From Obrimoposthia wandeli (taxonomy: Eukaryota), in assembly GCA_977020255.1 (NCBI GenBank), contig CDROCS010004085.1:248001-312000 (forward strand): a DNA stretch of 64,000 bases, written 5' to 3'. The notes below the pieces were generated by a model, which did no database searches, was not told the DNA's origin, and was given only the letters and a program-made list of their open reading frames with translations. A program made the translations under genes and the position numbers. Below are positions 22,464 through 31,866 of this stretch, one piece after another; positions within the stretch are counted from its first letter, which is position 1, and each line of letters begins with the position of its first letter.

Positions 22464-22797
22464 ATGAAAAAACCTTTTGCCGTACTGTCATTTTTTTGCT
22501 ATCTGGATGTGTCTCAACTCAAGGTGACGTGCAAGATTACCTTGTAACAAATGCAGATTTGCCAACAATGCAGATTTGCCAACAAAGCAGAAGATCAACC
22601 ATCTAAAAGAAAATGTCCCATCTGATGGGTATGACGCAAGTGGGCCTTGTAACACCTTATTAGAGTGTGCTGTTTATACCAAGGATATTTGTCATCGATT
22701 GTGCGATTTACCCCCCTGCATCAATTCCCTACGCGTATTTTTCGGTCGGAGTAAAGTAATGGTACTATTCGACTCTAGGTTTCTTAAAGCCTTTTAA
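22464..22797 (+). pseudogene. Decayed lipoprotein gene with two frameshifts
   Basis: ATG 22464 MKKPFAVLSFF; adding one T to the T7 run at 22491-22497 gives LLSGC (lipobox); removing one copy of the 17-bp duplication joins it in frame to ORF 22576-22797. Confidence 0.6.
22550..22583 (+). repeat. Perfect 17-bp tandem duplication
   Basis: AATGCAGATTTGCCAAC x2 (22550-22566, 22567-22583). Confidence 0.95.
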
Positions 22798-22891
22798 TAC
22801 CCACTTACTAATGGTCGAGCTCTATGGATTTTCTAATTGGCTTCAATGAGGTTGAGATTGATGCGCTCGAAAATGAAAGCGTTGAAGCCGT

Positions 22892-23596
22892 TTGGACTTA
22901 CTACACGTTGAAGGGAATCAGCACTATATCGTGCCTGATGGTAGAGCAGACGTTATCTTTACATTCGATGTTCAGGTGGGAGGACAATTAAGCAATATTA
23001 TGCCAATTATCTCCCCTCTTTTTACGAAAGCTCACTTAATAAGGGTCGGTGCCCATCAAGGTTTCATCGGACTTCGATTGAGAGCTGGTTCAGCAGGTGC
23101 TTTCCTAAGAACGCCACTTTCTAGAATCGCTGGCAACCTCCAATATGGGAAACATGCAGTAGGTCATGTATCTTGGATCCGCGATCTTTGTCGTGACAAA
23201 AACAACACGAGCCAGCTAATCACGAATATTAACCAACATGTTTGTGCAGCCCCATCGCAGGCAAAGTCTACAATGGTTTTGGATATTCTAAGCTTAATAA
23301 ACGAAGCTCAAGGTATCACGCAAATCAACAATATTGCACACCAGATAAAAGTGTCTGAACGAACAATCAACAGACAATTTACGAATGCTGTGGGTTTATC
23401 CCCCAAGCAATTTTCATCCATAGCTAGGTTAAGAAGGGCAATTGACTGCCTAACTAACCCATCTTATGCCATTTCATCTATAGCTGTAGATTGTGGTTTT
23501 TCAGACCAAGCCCACACGACAAGAGAAATCAAAAGCTACATGGGTCAAACACCGACCCTATTACGTAAAATGTTAGATACAGAAATTCTTCTCTAG
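22892..23596 (+). CDS. AraC-family HTH transcriptional regulator, possibly 5'-truncated
   Basis: IVPDGRADVIF N-terminal motif; C-terminal VGLSPKQF..R and CGFSDQAH AraC signature; TTG start. Confidence 0.8.
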   Translation: MDLLHVEGNQHYIVPDGRADVIFTFDVQVGGQLSNIMPIISPLFTKAHLIRVGAHQGFIGLRLRAGSAGAFLRTPLSRIAGNLQYGKHAVGHVSWIRDLCRDKNNTSQLITNINQHVCAAPSQAKSTMVLDILSLINEAQGITQINNIAHQIKVSERTINRQFTNAVGLSPKQFSSIARLRRAIDCLTNPSYAISSIAVDCGFSDQAHTTREIKSYMGQTPTLLRKMLDTEILL

Positions 23597-23765
23597 CTAT
23601 CAACCTCGCATTCACGCCGCTTCAATGGGTTAACCCGTCTGTAAAAAACCTTAAAAGTTATCTGTCCGGACTGATTTATTCAATACGGCATAGCCTCATT
23701 TTTTTAGCATGTACTGAAACCAATAGACGAGGAAAAGATTCTTCGTAAGCACTAGGATTTATTAT

Positions 23766-24100
23766 ATGTTCAAAGAATTAGCCCAAATACATCAAAAGCC
23801 AGAAGTCTTCTCGCTTTATACCACCGACAAATTATGGACTGAGCCTCACCTTGCTGAACAAATGTTGCAGGCTCACTTAAGTCAAGAAACGCCAATGGCA
23901 TCACGCCCTTTGGTTGAAAGGGGCACGTATCCCGAAGCCGTGGTTAAGGGTTGAAGTTGATATGAAACTCTGAAATTTTGGGTCAGATGATACCGGAAGA
24001 AAGTGACAGGTATCGATTTTCCGGATGAATCCATTTTATCGCTAATGCACAACATACATGAACAAAACATAAGTATATGTATATTACGCATAGATTGAAT
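23766..24100 (+). pseudogene. Class I SAM-dependent methyltransferase remnant
   Basis: N-terminus MFKEL..KPEVFSLYTTDKLWTEPHLAEQMLQAHL..ASR stops at 23954; a VTGIDF..SI fragment reappears at 24003; the glycine-rich SAM motif is missing. Confidence 0.55.
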
Positions 24101-24260
24101 GCAAACGTTTCATTTTCTCATAAAAAATATCCGTAGTATTTTTATGGTGTAAGTCTGTTTATGGGCTCTTATTTTTTATATGAAAAATCCCTTTTGAGCG
24201 CTCTTGTGAGTTTAGGAGTATTCCATATAAGAATTAATCTATATTAAGGAATATTGGTAA

Positions 24261-27200
24261 ATGACTAAGTTAATCGAAGAAATAAAACTTGGATTATCAC
24301 AAGCTACGCTTAAAAACCGTATTGTAATGGCTCCTATGACCATTCAGTCCGCTTTTTTTGATGGTGGTGTCACGCAGGAGATGGTTGATTATTACGCTTC
24401 TCGTTCAGGCGATGCCGGCGCAATCATCGTTGAAAGTGCTTTCGTTGAAAATTACGGTCGAGCTTTTCCTGGTGCGTTAGGTATTAATAGCGACAGCAAA
24501 ATTGCGGGACTTAAAAAGCTTGCAACCGCCATTAAAGCAAAAGGTTCCAAAGCGATTCTTCAAATCTACCATGCCGGACGTATGGCAAACGGGGAATACA
24601 ATGGCGGTCATCAGCCAATTTCTGCTAGTCCAGTAGCCGCACTTCGCGACAGCGCAGAAACCCCTATTGAGCTGACTCAAGAACAAATCGAAGGCATGAT
24701 CGAGAACTTTGGTCATGCAGTAAATCGTGCAATTCTTGCGGGATTTGAGGGTGTTGAAATTCATGGCGCCAATACATACCTTATCCAACAATTCTTCTCA
24801 CCTCATTCAAACCGCCGTACTGACAAATGGGGTGGCGATATTGAAAAGCGCACAGCATTTCCGGTAGCGATATTAGAAGAAGCAAAGAAAGTTGTTGCCT
24901 CTCACCAGTTAACAGATTTCATTATTGGCTACCGCTTCTCTCCTGAAGAAATTGAAGAGCCAGGTATTCGCTTTGAAGATAGTATGTTTCTTCTTGATAA
25001 GCTTGCAACATGTGGCCTTGATTACTTCCACTTCTCAATGGGGAACTACACCCGAAATTCTATTGTGAATCCTGTAGATAAAGAGCCTCTCATTAGTAAA
25101 TACCATACTCTGAAGTCTGAAAGTGTTGCTAAGATTCCCGTCATTGGTGTGGGTGGAATCGCCCAGCGCTCTGATGCTGATAATGCCATCGAACAAGGTT
25201 ATGACCTGGTAAGCATTGGTAAAGGCTTTCTAGTTGAGCCAACATGGGCAACGAAAGCGATTAACGGTGAGCTTTGTGCAGAATTTGCAGATATCGCACA
25301 GCAAGAAGAACTAATGATTCCTACTCCGTTGTGGGAAATCATGGATTACATGATTGTTGATAGTGCTGCCGAGGCATTGAAACACCAACGTATCAAAAAA
25401 CTTCAGAATATTGACATTAAGTTCGAGCCTGGTGAATACACGGCTTATGGCTATGGTCACAACGGTAAACTGCCTGTAACTGTGACACTCTCTGAAGACA
25501 GAATTCTTGAGGTGTTGGTTGATTCATCGAAGGAATCTGATGGTATCGCGAACCCTGCATTTGAACGGATTCCTCAACAAATTCTCGATGGTCAAACACT
25601 AAACATTGACGTTATCTCGGGCGCAACAGTAAGTAGTCAGGCCGTTATTGATGGCGTATCCAATGCTGTAGATTTGGCTGGTGGTAACTCAGAAGCGCTT
25701 CGCTGTAAGGCTCGTGAAGCTGTGGAATGGTCAACGGAAACTATCGAAGAAACCGTTGACGTTGTGGTGGTTGGCGGCGGTGGTGCGGGTTTGAGTGCTG
25801 CACTGACAGCGTTAGACAGCGGCAAGTCTGTTGTCGTACTTGAGAAGTTCCCTGCTATTGGTGGCAACACTGTTCGCACTGGTGGTTGGGTTAACGCCGC
25901 TGAACCTCAGTGGCAAAAAGACTTCCCAGCGATTGCAGGTGAAGCTGACTACTTAAAAGGTATTGCTGATACCCCAGAGTCCGACATTGCACAAGAGTAC
26001 CTATCGGATTTCCGTGCACTTAAAGATCAATTGGCTAACTACTTCCTCGATATTGAAAGTGGCAAAAACTATCTATTTGATTCAATGGAACTTCATTTAA
26101 TCCAAACGTATCTTGGTGGTAAACGAACTAACCTTGATGGTGCGTCAATCCATGGTCAGTATGATCTTGTTCATACTCTTACCAGTCGTGCTATGGAATC
26201 GATCGATTGGCTGACAGAAAAAGGCATCGATTTTAACCGCGATATGGTTGATATCGCTGTCGGTGCGCTATGGCGCCGTGCACATAAGCCAAATCGTCCA
26301 AAAGGTGTTGAGTTTGTTGAGAAACTTCAAAAACACATCATTGCTCAAGGTGGACGCATTATCACCGATACGCGTGCTGAAGATTTAATTGTTGAAGATA
26401 GTAAGGTCGTCGGCATTAAAGCAACTCATTCTAATGGCACCAAATACAAACTGAATACGAATCATGGTGTGGTGCTAGCTTCTGGTGGTTTTGGTGCAAA
26501 CACGAAAATGCTTCAAAAGTACAACAACTATTGGAACGAGATCGCGGATGACATTAAAACGACTAACTCACCGGCGCTAATTGGTGACGGTATTGAGATT
26601 GGTGAAAAAGCAGGTGCTGATTTAGTTGGTATGGAATACATCCAACTAATGCCAATTGGCGACCCTAAATCTGGTGCGCTTCTCACTGGTCTAATTGTTC
26701 CACCTGAAAACTTCGTTTTTGTTAACAAGCAAGGTAAGCGATTCGTTGATGAGTGCGAGAGCCGCGATGTTCTTTCTAACTCATTCTTTGATAACGGTGG
26801 CGTGGTTTACATGATTGCTGACGAAGAGATTCGCAAGACCGCTGCCAATACGACTTACGAAACAATTGAGCGCGAAATTGAGGAAGGCGTCATCATAAAA
26901 GCTGACTCTATTGAAGAGTTGGCGGAGAAAATTGATGTTCCGCCAGCCGAACTCTCCGAGACCATTCGTCGCTATAATTCTTATGTAAATGAAGGTCGTG
27001 ATCCTGAGTTCCATAAGGGTGCGCTTGGCCTGAAAGTTGAGAAGGCTCCGTTCTACGCAACACCACGTAAACCATCTGTTCACCATACTATGGGTGGTCT
27101 GAAGATCGATGCCAAAGCTTGTGTATTGGATAAAAATGGCTTACCTATCCCAGGCTTATATGCCGCTGGTGAGATAACTGGTGGTATTCATGCCGGTAAC

Positions 27201-27272
27201 CGTCTAGGTGGTAACGCTTTGATTGATATATTCACTTACGGTCGCATTGCGGGCGACAGTGTATCTGAATGA
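24261..27272 (+). CDS. Multidomain NADH-dependent flavoprotein reductase (OYE domain + covalent FMN domain + FAD-binding flavocytochrome-c-type domain)
   Basis: OYE: MAPMT, EIHGANTYL, GYRFSPEE; flavinylation site DVISGAT (Thr456); FAD domain: VGGGGAG, HHTMGG, GNRLGGNAL; no signal peptide. Confidence 0.9.
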   Translation: MTKLIEEIKLGLSQATLKNRIVMAPMTIQSAFFDGGVTQEMVDYYASRSGDAGAIIVESAFVENYGRAFPGALGINSDSKIAGLKKLATAIKAKGSKAILQIYHAGRMANGEYNGGHQPISASPVAALRDSAETPIELTQEQIEGMIENFGHAVNRAILAGFEGVEIHGANTYLIQQFFSPHSNRRTDKWGGDIEKRTAFPVAILEEAKKVVASHQLTDFIIGYRFSPEEIEEPGIRFEDSMFLLDKLATCGLDYFHFSMGNYTRNSIVNPVDKEPLISKYHTLKSESVAKIPVIGVGGIAQRSDADNAIEQGYDLVSIGKGFLVEPTWATKAINGELCAEFADIAQQEELMIPTPLWEIMDYMIVDSAAEALKHQRIKKLQNIDIKFEPGEYTAYGYGHNGKLPVTVTLSEDRILEVLVDSSKESDGIANPAFERIPQQILDGQTLNIDVISGATVSSQAVIDGVSNAVDLAGGNSEALRCKAREAVEWSTETIEETVDVVVVGGGGAGLSAALTALDSGKSVVVLEKFPAIGGNTVRTGGWVNAAEPQWQKDFPAIAGEADYLKGIADTPESDIAQEYLSDFRALKDQLANYFLDIESGKNYLFDSMELHLIQTYLGGKRTNLDGASIHGQYDLVHTLTSRAMESIDWLTEKGIDFNRDMVDIAVGALWRRAHKPNRPKGVEFVEKLQKHIIAQGGRIITDTRAEDLIVEDSKVVGIKATHSNGTKYKLNTNHGVVLASGGFGANTKMLQKYNNYWNEIADDIKTTNSPALIGDGIEIGEKAGADLVGMEYIQLMPIGDPKSGALLTGLIVPPENFVFVNKQGKRFVDECESRDVLSNSFFDNGGVVYMIADEEIRKTAANTTYETIEREIEEGVIIKADSIEELAEKIDVPPAELSETIRRYNSYVNEGRDPEFHKGALGLKVEKAPFYATPRKPSVHHTMGGLKIDAKACVLDKNGLPIPGLYAAGEITGGIHAGNRLGGNALIDIFTYGRIAGDSVSE

Positions 27273-27287
27273 GCTTAGTTAAATAAA

Positions 27288-27315
27288 AGGGAAGCCAAAA
27301 GCTTCCCTCTCTTTT
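27288..27315 (+). terminator. Terminator-like hairpin between the reductase gene and apbE
   Basis: AGGGAAGC-CAAAA-GCTTCCCT followed by CTCTTTTT. Confidence 0.65.
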
Positions 27316-27338
27316 TCATTTAAACGTGAGTTCACAAA

Positions 27339-28283
27339 ATGCCAAGTTACAAAACTCGCTTTCAAATGATGGGAACCTTCATTGATCTCGCTATTCATCA
27401 TGATAATGGCGAAGAGTTAATAAGAGATAGTTACCTTCAGCTTCAGCAATTCGCGCAACGCTTCACTGTCAATCAGTCACAATCTGAACTCATGCACGTA
27501 AATAACTACGCGGGAGTTCGTCCCGTTCGTGTAAAAGCAGATTTGTATGAGTTACTAAAGAAAGCCAAAGAAATTAGCGTAGATACCGCTAACCCATTTA
27601 ATGTCGCGATTGGACCGCTTGTCAAAGCATGGCGTATTGGATTCCAAGATGCGAGGCTTCCAACCAGCGCTGAACTTACTGATAAGCTAGCCATTGTTGA
27701 TCCTACAAAAATCGTTTTAGACGAACTGTATCAGACGGTATATCTAACTAGACATGACATGCAGATAGATCTGGGAGCGATAGCAAAAGGCTATTTTGCC
27801 GATCGGATAAAAGAATACCTTGTGAGTGAAGGGGTTGAGTATGGTTACATTAATTTAGGTGGCAACGTGCTAACCATCGGGTATTCGCCTGACAATGCTT
27901 CTAAAGCATGGAACGTAGGGATTCAAGATCCGCTATCTTCTCGAGGTAAAATTAGCCGAGTTGTACCTCTTCGAGATCACTCAATGGTGACTTCTGGTAT
28001 AAATGAACGTTACTTTGGGGTGAATGGCCAACGATATCATCACCTACTTGATGCAAAAACAGGTAAACCGATTACAACAAATATAGCGAGTGTAACCATT
28101 ATTTCAAAGCAGTCTGTTGATGGCGAAATATGGAGCACAGCAGGGTTTCTAGCATCAATTGAAGAAGCATTATCCTACTTAAACAAGCAAGTGGGAATTG
28201 AGGCAGTATTGATTTCGAATCAAGGCAAAGTTTATGTTACAAATGGTCTGAAGGACGATGGTCGATGCATTCTGCAGAAATGA
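27339..28283 (+). CDS. apbE: FAD:protein FMN transferase, cytoplasmic type
   Basis: MMGT, DLGAIAKGY, NLGGN, VTSG..ERY, HHLLD; no lipoprotein signal; adjacent to an SGAT-containing target. Confidence 0.92.
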   Translation: MPSYKTRFQMMGTFIDLAIHHDNGEELIRDSYLQLQQFAQRFTVNQSQSELMHVNNYAGVRPVRVKADLYELLKKAKEISVDTANPFNVAIGPLVKAWRIGFQDARLPTSAELTDKLAIVDPTKIVLDELYQTVYLTRHDMQIDLGAIAKGYFADRIKEYLVSEGVEYGYINLGGNVLTIGYSPDNASKAWNVGIQDPLSSRGKISRVVPLRDHSMVTSGINERYFGVNGQRYHHLLDAKTGKPITTNIASVTIISKQSVDGEIWSTAGFLASIEEALSYLNKQVGIEAVLISNQGKVYVTNGLKDDGRCILQK

Positions 28284-28733
28284 AATCATCGTGCGAGCTT
28301 ACTTTAAGTCGGCAACGAGTCTTTTGACAACTTAGTATATGGAACTGAACTTAATGTCTTCCTGTAACTCACTTTTAGCACATAGCCAGCATCAACGGTT
28401 TCAAGATACTTTTTCTTATCTAATCAAAGTGCGTTTCAATTGAAGACCTAATTCACTTCTGTCCATCTTCGAATCAGCGAGAACAATGATGACTTGAGTT
28501 CTTGCTGATACTGGCTTTTCTCAAAAATGCCAACGTTCGGTAATTTATGTTTATCCAGTAATGGATTTGGCCTACCCGTTGGTATCCGGATCTCTCTATT
28601 GTTATTTCTTACTAGCGACGCTTTGAGTTTCCGGAAAGGACATCTAATGGTTTTATTTTAGGGCACTTTATGGTTTTAGTTTATTTTTAACGTTTGATAG
28701 GTGCCGGCTTCGCGACACATATCCTTATCTGTT

Positions 28734-29087
28734 CTACACCAACACTTGCCGTGTGTTCCTGATGTAATGATGGATCTGACGCTCGGTTTTTAAGTCAATC
28801 ATCTCTTTTGGGCGACAACCATTTGGACAGGGCATCCGCGGTGTTGTGCCAAACAATCGGCAGATCAATGGTCGTTCCCCGTACACAGTGCAACCCTTAG
28901 GACCGAGGTGTACACAATCAAACTCATTTAATGCGGCTTCATGTTCTGCATCCGTTTTCACTGGCAGGCGCGACATTTCTTCCGAAGAAGTCGTTACTGG
29001 TCCGCAACAATCGTGGCATCCCGGCACACATTCGAACGACGGAATGCGCTCGCGTAGAAGCGCGATTATCTCTCGGTTATTGTTCAT
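28734..29087 (-). CDS. YkgJ-family cysteine-cluster protein
   Basis: CVPGCHDCCG, CVHL..GCTVY..RPLICR. Confidence 0.85.
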   Translation of the reverse strand: MNNNREIIALLRERIPSFECVPGCHDCCGPVTTSSEEMSRLPVKTDAEHEAALNEFDCVHLGPKGCTVYGERPLICRLFGTTPRMPCPNGCRPKEMIDLKTERQIHHYIRNTRQVLV

Positions 29088-29332
29088 TCATACCTAACTT
29101 TTGTGCAGTTCGCGATCATTATAATTCTACACCAAATTCACTAGAAGTTGACAATGCCTTTAAATTTACTGTGTGCCACAACGCTGTGCATTAATTAGCG
29201 ATTGGACAATGCACATCTTTCGGCTTAAAAAATTGTTGCTGAAAACAGTAGGTGCCCGAAAAAATACATTTATTTTGCGTCTTTTTTTCTCTTACCGCGT
29301 CTTATTAATATCAGCGAAAATAATGAGAGAAA

Positions 29333-30553
29333 ATGATGTTTAATGTAGCACCTACTCACCCACACATTAATGACAACTTTATTAAGCACGATAGCCAAAT
29401 GCTTAACCAGATCTATGGCTGTGATGATGTAGTGCCGTATTGGATCGCAGATATGGATTTTCCAATTGCATCACCAATTAGCCAAGCAATGCAGCAGTTA
29501 GTTAGCCGTGAAACTTACTCTTATGAGTTCGATTCTAAAACGGTATTTCAATCGATTTCAGGCTGGAATAAAGAACGCCATAATCTTGACCTAAACTCAG
29601 ACCACTTTGTTCAGGTGCCTGGTGTATTGAGCGCGATCGCACTATTGATCCGTGATTTCACACAGGAAGGTGATGGAGTGCTGATACAAACGCCGGTCTA
29701 TCACCAATTCCGCCGCTTAATTGAATCTGCGGGTCGAAAAGTGGTGAATAACACACTGAAAATTGAAGATGACCGCTATGTCATGGATTTTGATGAACTT
29801 GAACAACAGCTCAAAAGTGGCGAGGTTAAGATGATGCTGCTTTGCAATCCTCATAACCCTGTTGGTCGTGTGTGGACGAAAGAAGAGTTAGAACGATTGG
29901 TAGCAATTGCGAAAAAGTATCAGACGTTGATCATCAGTGATGAAGTGCATGGAGATATTATATTTGAAGGGTCAACCTTTACCAGTATGGCGGCATTAGG
30001 CTATGACAACAGCCTAACGATTATTGGTTCTCCTGCTAAGAATTTTGGCCTTAATAGTATCTCAAATGGTTATGTATACAGCGATAATCAGGCTTTACGC
30101 GAGAAGATAAAAGCGACCTCAGCATCGATGTCACTTGATCATGGCAATGCGTTTACAACCTATGCAACCATTGCAGCTTATCAGCATGGTAAAGAATGGT
30201 TTGATGCATTTTTGAATTACACCCAAAACAGCCGTAACTGGATTGTTCATTTTGTGGCTGAGCAATTTCCACAGGTGAAAGCATTCGTTCCTGAGGGAAC
30301 CAATCAGATTTGGTTTGATTTTTCGGGGGTAGGTTTGGATGCGACAGAGCTTAAGCTATTACTCACAGCGAAAGCGAGAATGGCACTAACACCTGGCGCC
30401 TGGTTTGGTGAGCCGAACGAAAATTTCTATCGCATGAATTTTGCTTCACCGCTAGATCAGATTCAGACGTCATTTCATTTACTTAAATCAGCCATCGACG
30501 GCATTCAACAACATGATTTAACAAGATCAGATCTTTCTGAAAAAAAGGAGTGA
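29333..30553 (+). CDS. MalY/PatB-family PLP enzyme (cystathionine beta-lyase-like)
   Basis: WIADMDF, LCNPHNPVGRVW, ISDEVHGD, SPAKNF, RMNFA. Confidence 0.9.
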   Translation: MMFNVAPTHPHINDNFIKHDSQMLNQIYGCDDVVPYWIADMDFPIASPISQAMQQLVSRETYSYEFDSKTVFQSISGWNKERHNLDLNSDHFVQVPGVLSAIALLIRDFTQEGDGVLIQTPVYHQFRRLIESAGRKVVNNTLKIEDDRYVMDFDELEQQLKSGEVKMMLLCNPHNPVGRVWTKEELERLVAIAKKYQTLIISDEVHGDIIFEGSTFTSMAALGYDNSLTIIGSPAKNFGLNSISNGYVYSDNQALREKIKATSASMSLDHGNAFTTYATIAAYQHGKEWFDAFLNYTQNSRNWIVHFVAEQFPQVKAFVPEGTNQIWFDFSGVGLDATELKLLLTAKARMALTPGAWFGEPNENFYRMNFASPLDQIQTSFHLLKSAIDGIQQHDLTRSDLSEKKE

Positions 30554-30692
30554 GTCAATCGCTGGGTGATGTTGCTAATTATTATTTTAATACTAATTTA
30601 TGCACGGTAAATACCCCAAATAGGGCAACATTCTATCTTGATATTGGATGCAGCAAAGTCGCTGTAGCTGCGTTTTTACAACGAGAAAATTT

Positions 30693-31091
30693 ATGGTACA
30701 AACTATTACCAAAGGTATTAAGGCCTTAACAGAAGAAGCCTATCGCACCGTTGAAGATATCTCTATAGAAGAGGCAAAGGCGCTACATAACAACGAAAAC
30801 TATATCTTTGTTGATGTTAGAGAGGCTGAAGAAAGGCAAAATTTGGGCATTATACCGGGGGCTTTTACTTGCCCAAGAGGCATGCTTGAATTTTTGATTG
30901 ATCCAGAATGTCCTGTTCACAATAAGGTATTTGATCAAGACAAAACCTATGTTTTTTATTGTGCTCACGGGTTACGTTCACTCTATGCCGCGAAGTTGGC
31001 ATCAGATATGGGGCTAGACCCTGTAAAGAACTTAGCTGGTGGCTTTGCGGCTTGGGCCAATAATGCAGGCAAGGTTGAACAGGTAGATTAA
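30693..31091 (+). CDS. Rhodanese-like domain protein
   Basis: VDVRE..E..GIIPGA, RGMLEF, YCAHGLRS, LAGGFAAW; ATG 30693 preferred. Confidence 0.88.
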   Translation: MVQTITKGIKALTEEAYRTVEDISIEEAKALHNNENYIFVDVREAEERQNLGIIPGAFTCPRGMLEFLIDPECPVHNKVFDQDKTYVFYCAHGLRSLYAAKLASDMGLDPVKNLAGGFAAWANNAGKVEQVD

Positions 31092-31184
31092 CGCTCTTCG
31101 TACAATGGCAGCTTCTCTGTACCTATAGAGTATATTTATATTTCTGGTATTATGGAATAATAAGTTTTCAATATAGGCAGAGAA

Positions 31185-31757
31185 GTGATGTTAGCAGAGT
31201 GGTTAGTGCATAAAGAGCAGCTTAGACATTACATTGTTAAGCAAATGGGCGATCAAAATGCTGCGGATGATGTTCTTCCAGAGGTGTATATTAAAGCGAG
31301 TAATAAGGTTCATCAGTTAGAGTCACAAGGTAAATTAAAAAACTGGCTGTTCCGTATTACTCACAATACGATCATGGACTATTATCGATCCCATCAAGCA
31401 CATGATGAATTGATTGATAATCAAGTAGTAGAAGAACTGCCACAAGAACAAGTAAATTTACAGGAGATAGGGCAATGCTTACGCCCAATGCTTGACTGTT
31501 TACCTGTCAAATATCGCGAAGCCATGATTATTTCAGAGCTAGAGGGATTTTCTCAGCAGGCGGTTGCGGACCAATTAGGCTTGTCACTTTCTGGTACAAA
31601 GAGCCGGATTCAAAGAGGACGAACAAAGCTTAAAGAAATATTGTTAAACTGCTGCAATCTGGAAGTGGGCCGAAAAGGGATCCTTGATTTCTATCCTAGC
31701 CCTGAGTGTGAGCATATGGTTAACGAACGTACTGCTTTTTCCTCTAGCCGACACTAA
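31185..31757 (+). CDS. ECF sigma factor, SigZ-like
   Basis: WLFRITHNTIMDYYR region 2; LSLSGTKSRIQRGR region 4; C-terminal CC..C. Confidence 0.85.
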   Translation: MMLAEWLVHKEQLRHYIVKQMGDQNAADDVLPEVYIKASNKVHQLESQGKLKNWLFRITHNTIMDYYRSHQAHDELIDNQVVEELPQEQVNLQEIGQCLRPMLDCLPVKYREAMIISELEGFSQQAVADQLGLSLSGTKSRIQRGRTKLKEILLNCCNLEVGRKGILDFYPSPECEHMVNERTAFSSSRH

Positions 31758-31866
31758 TCCGCCCTAAATTTTGCCTATCAGTAAACTTCGTAAGATCACC
31801 GTTTTATAGATTTGCCATATCGTAGGTAATGCGTTAAAAAAGATACTACTGTTATCAGCTTAACTC

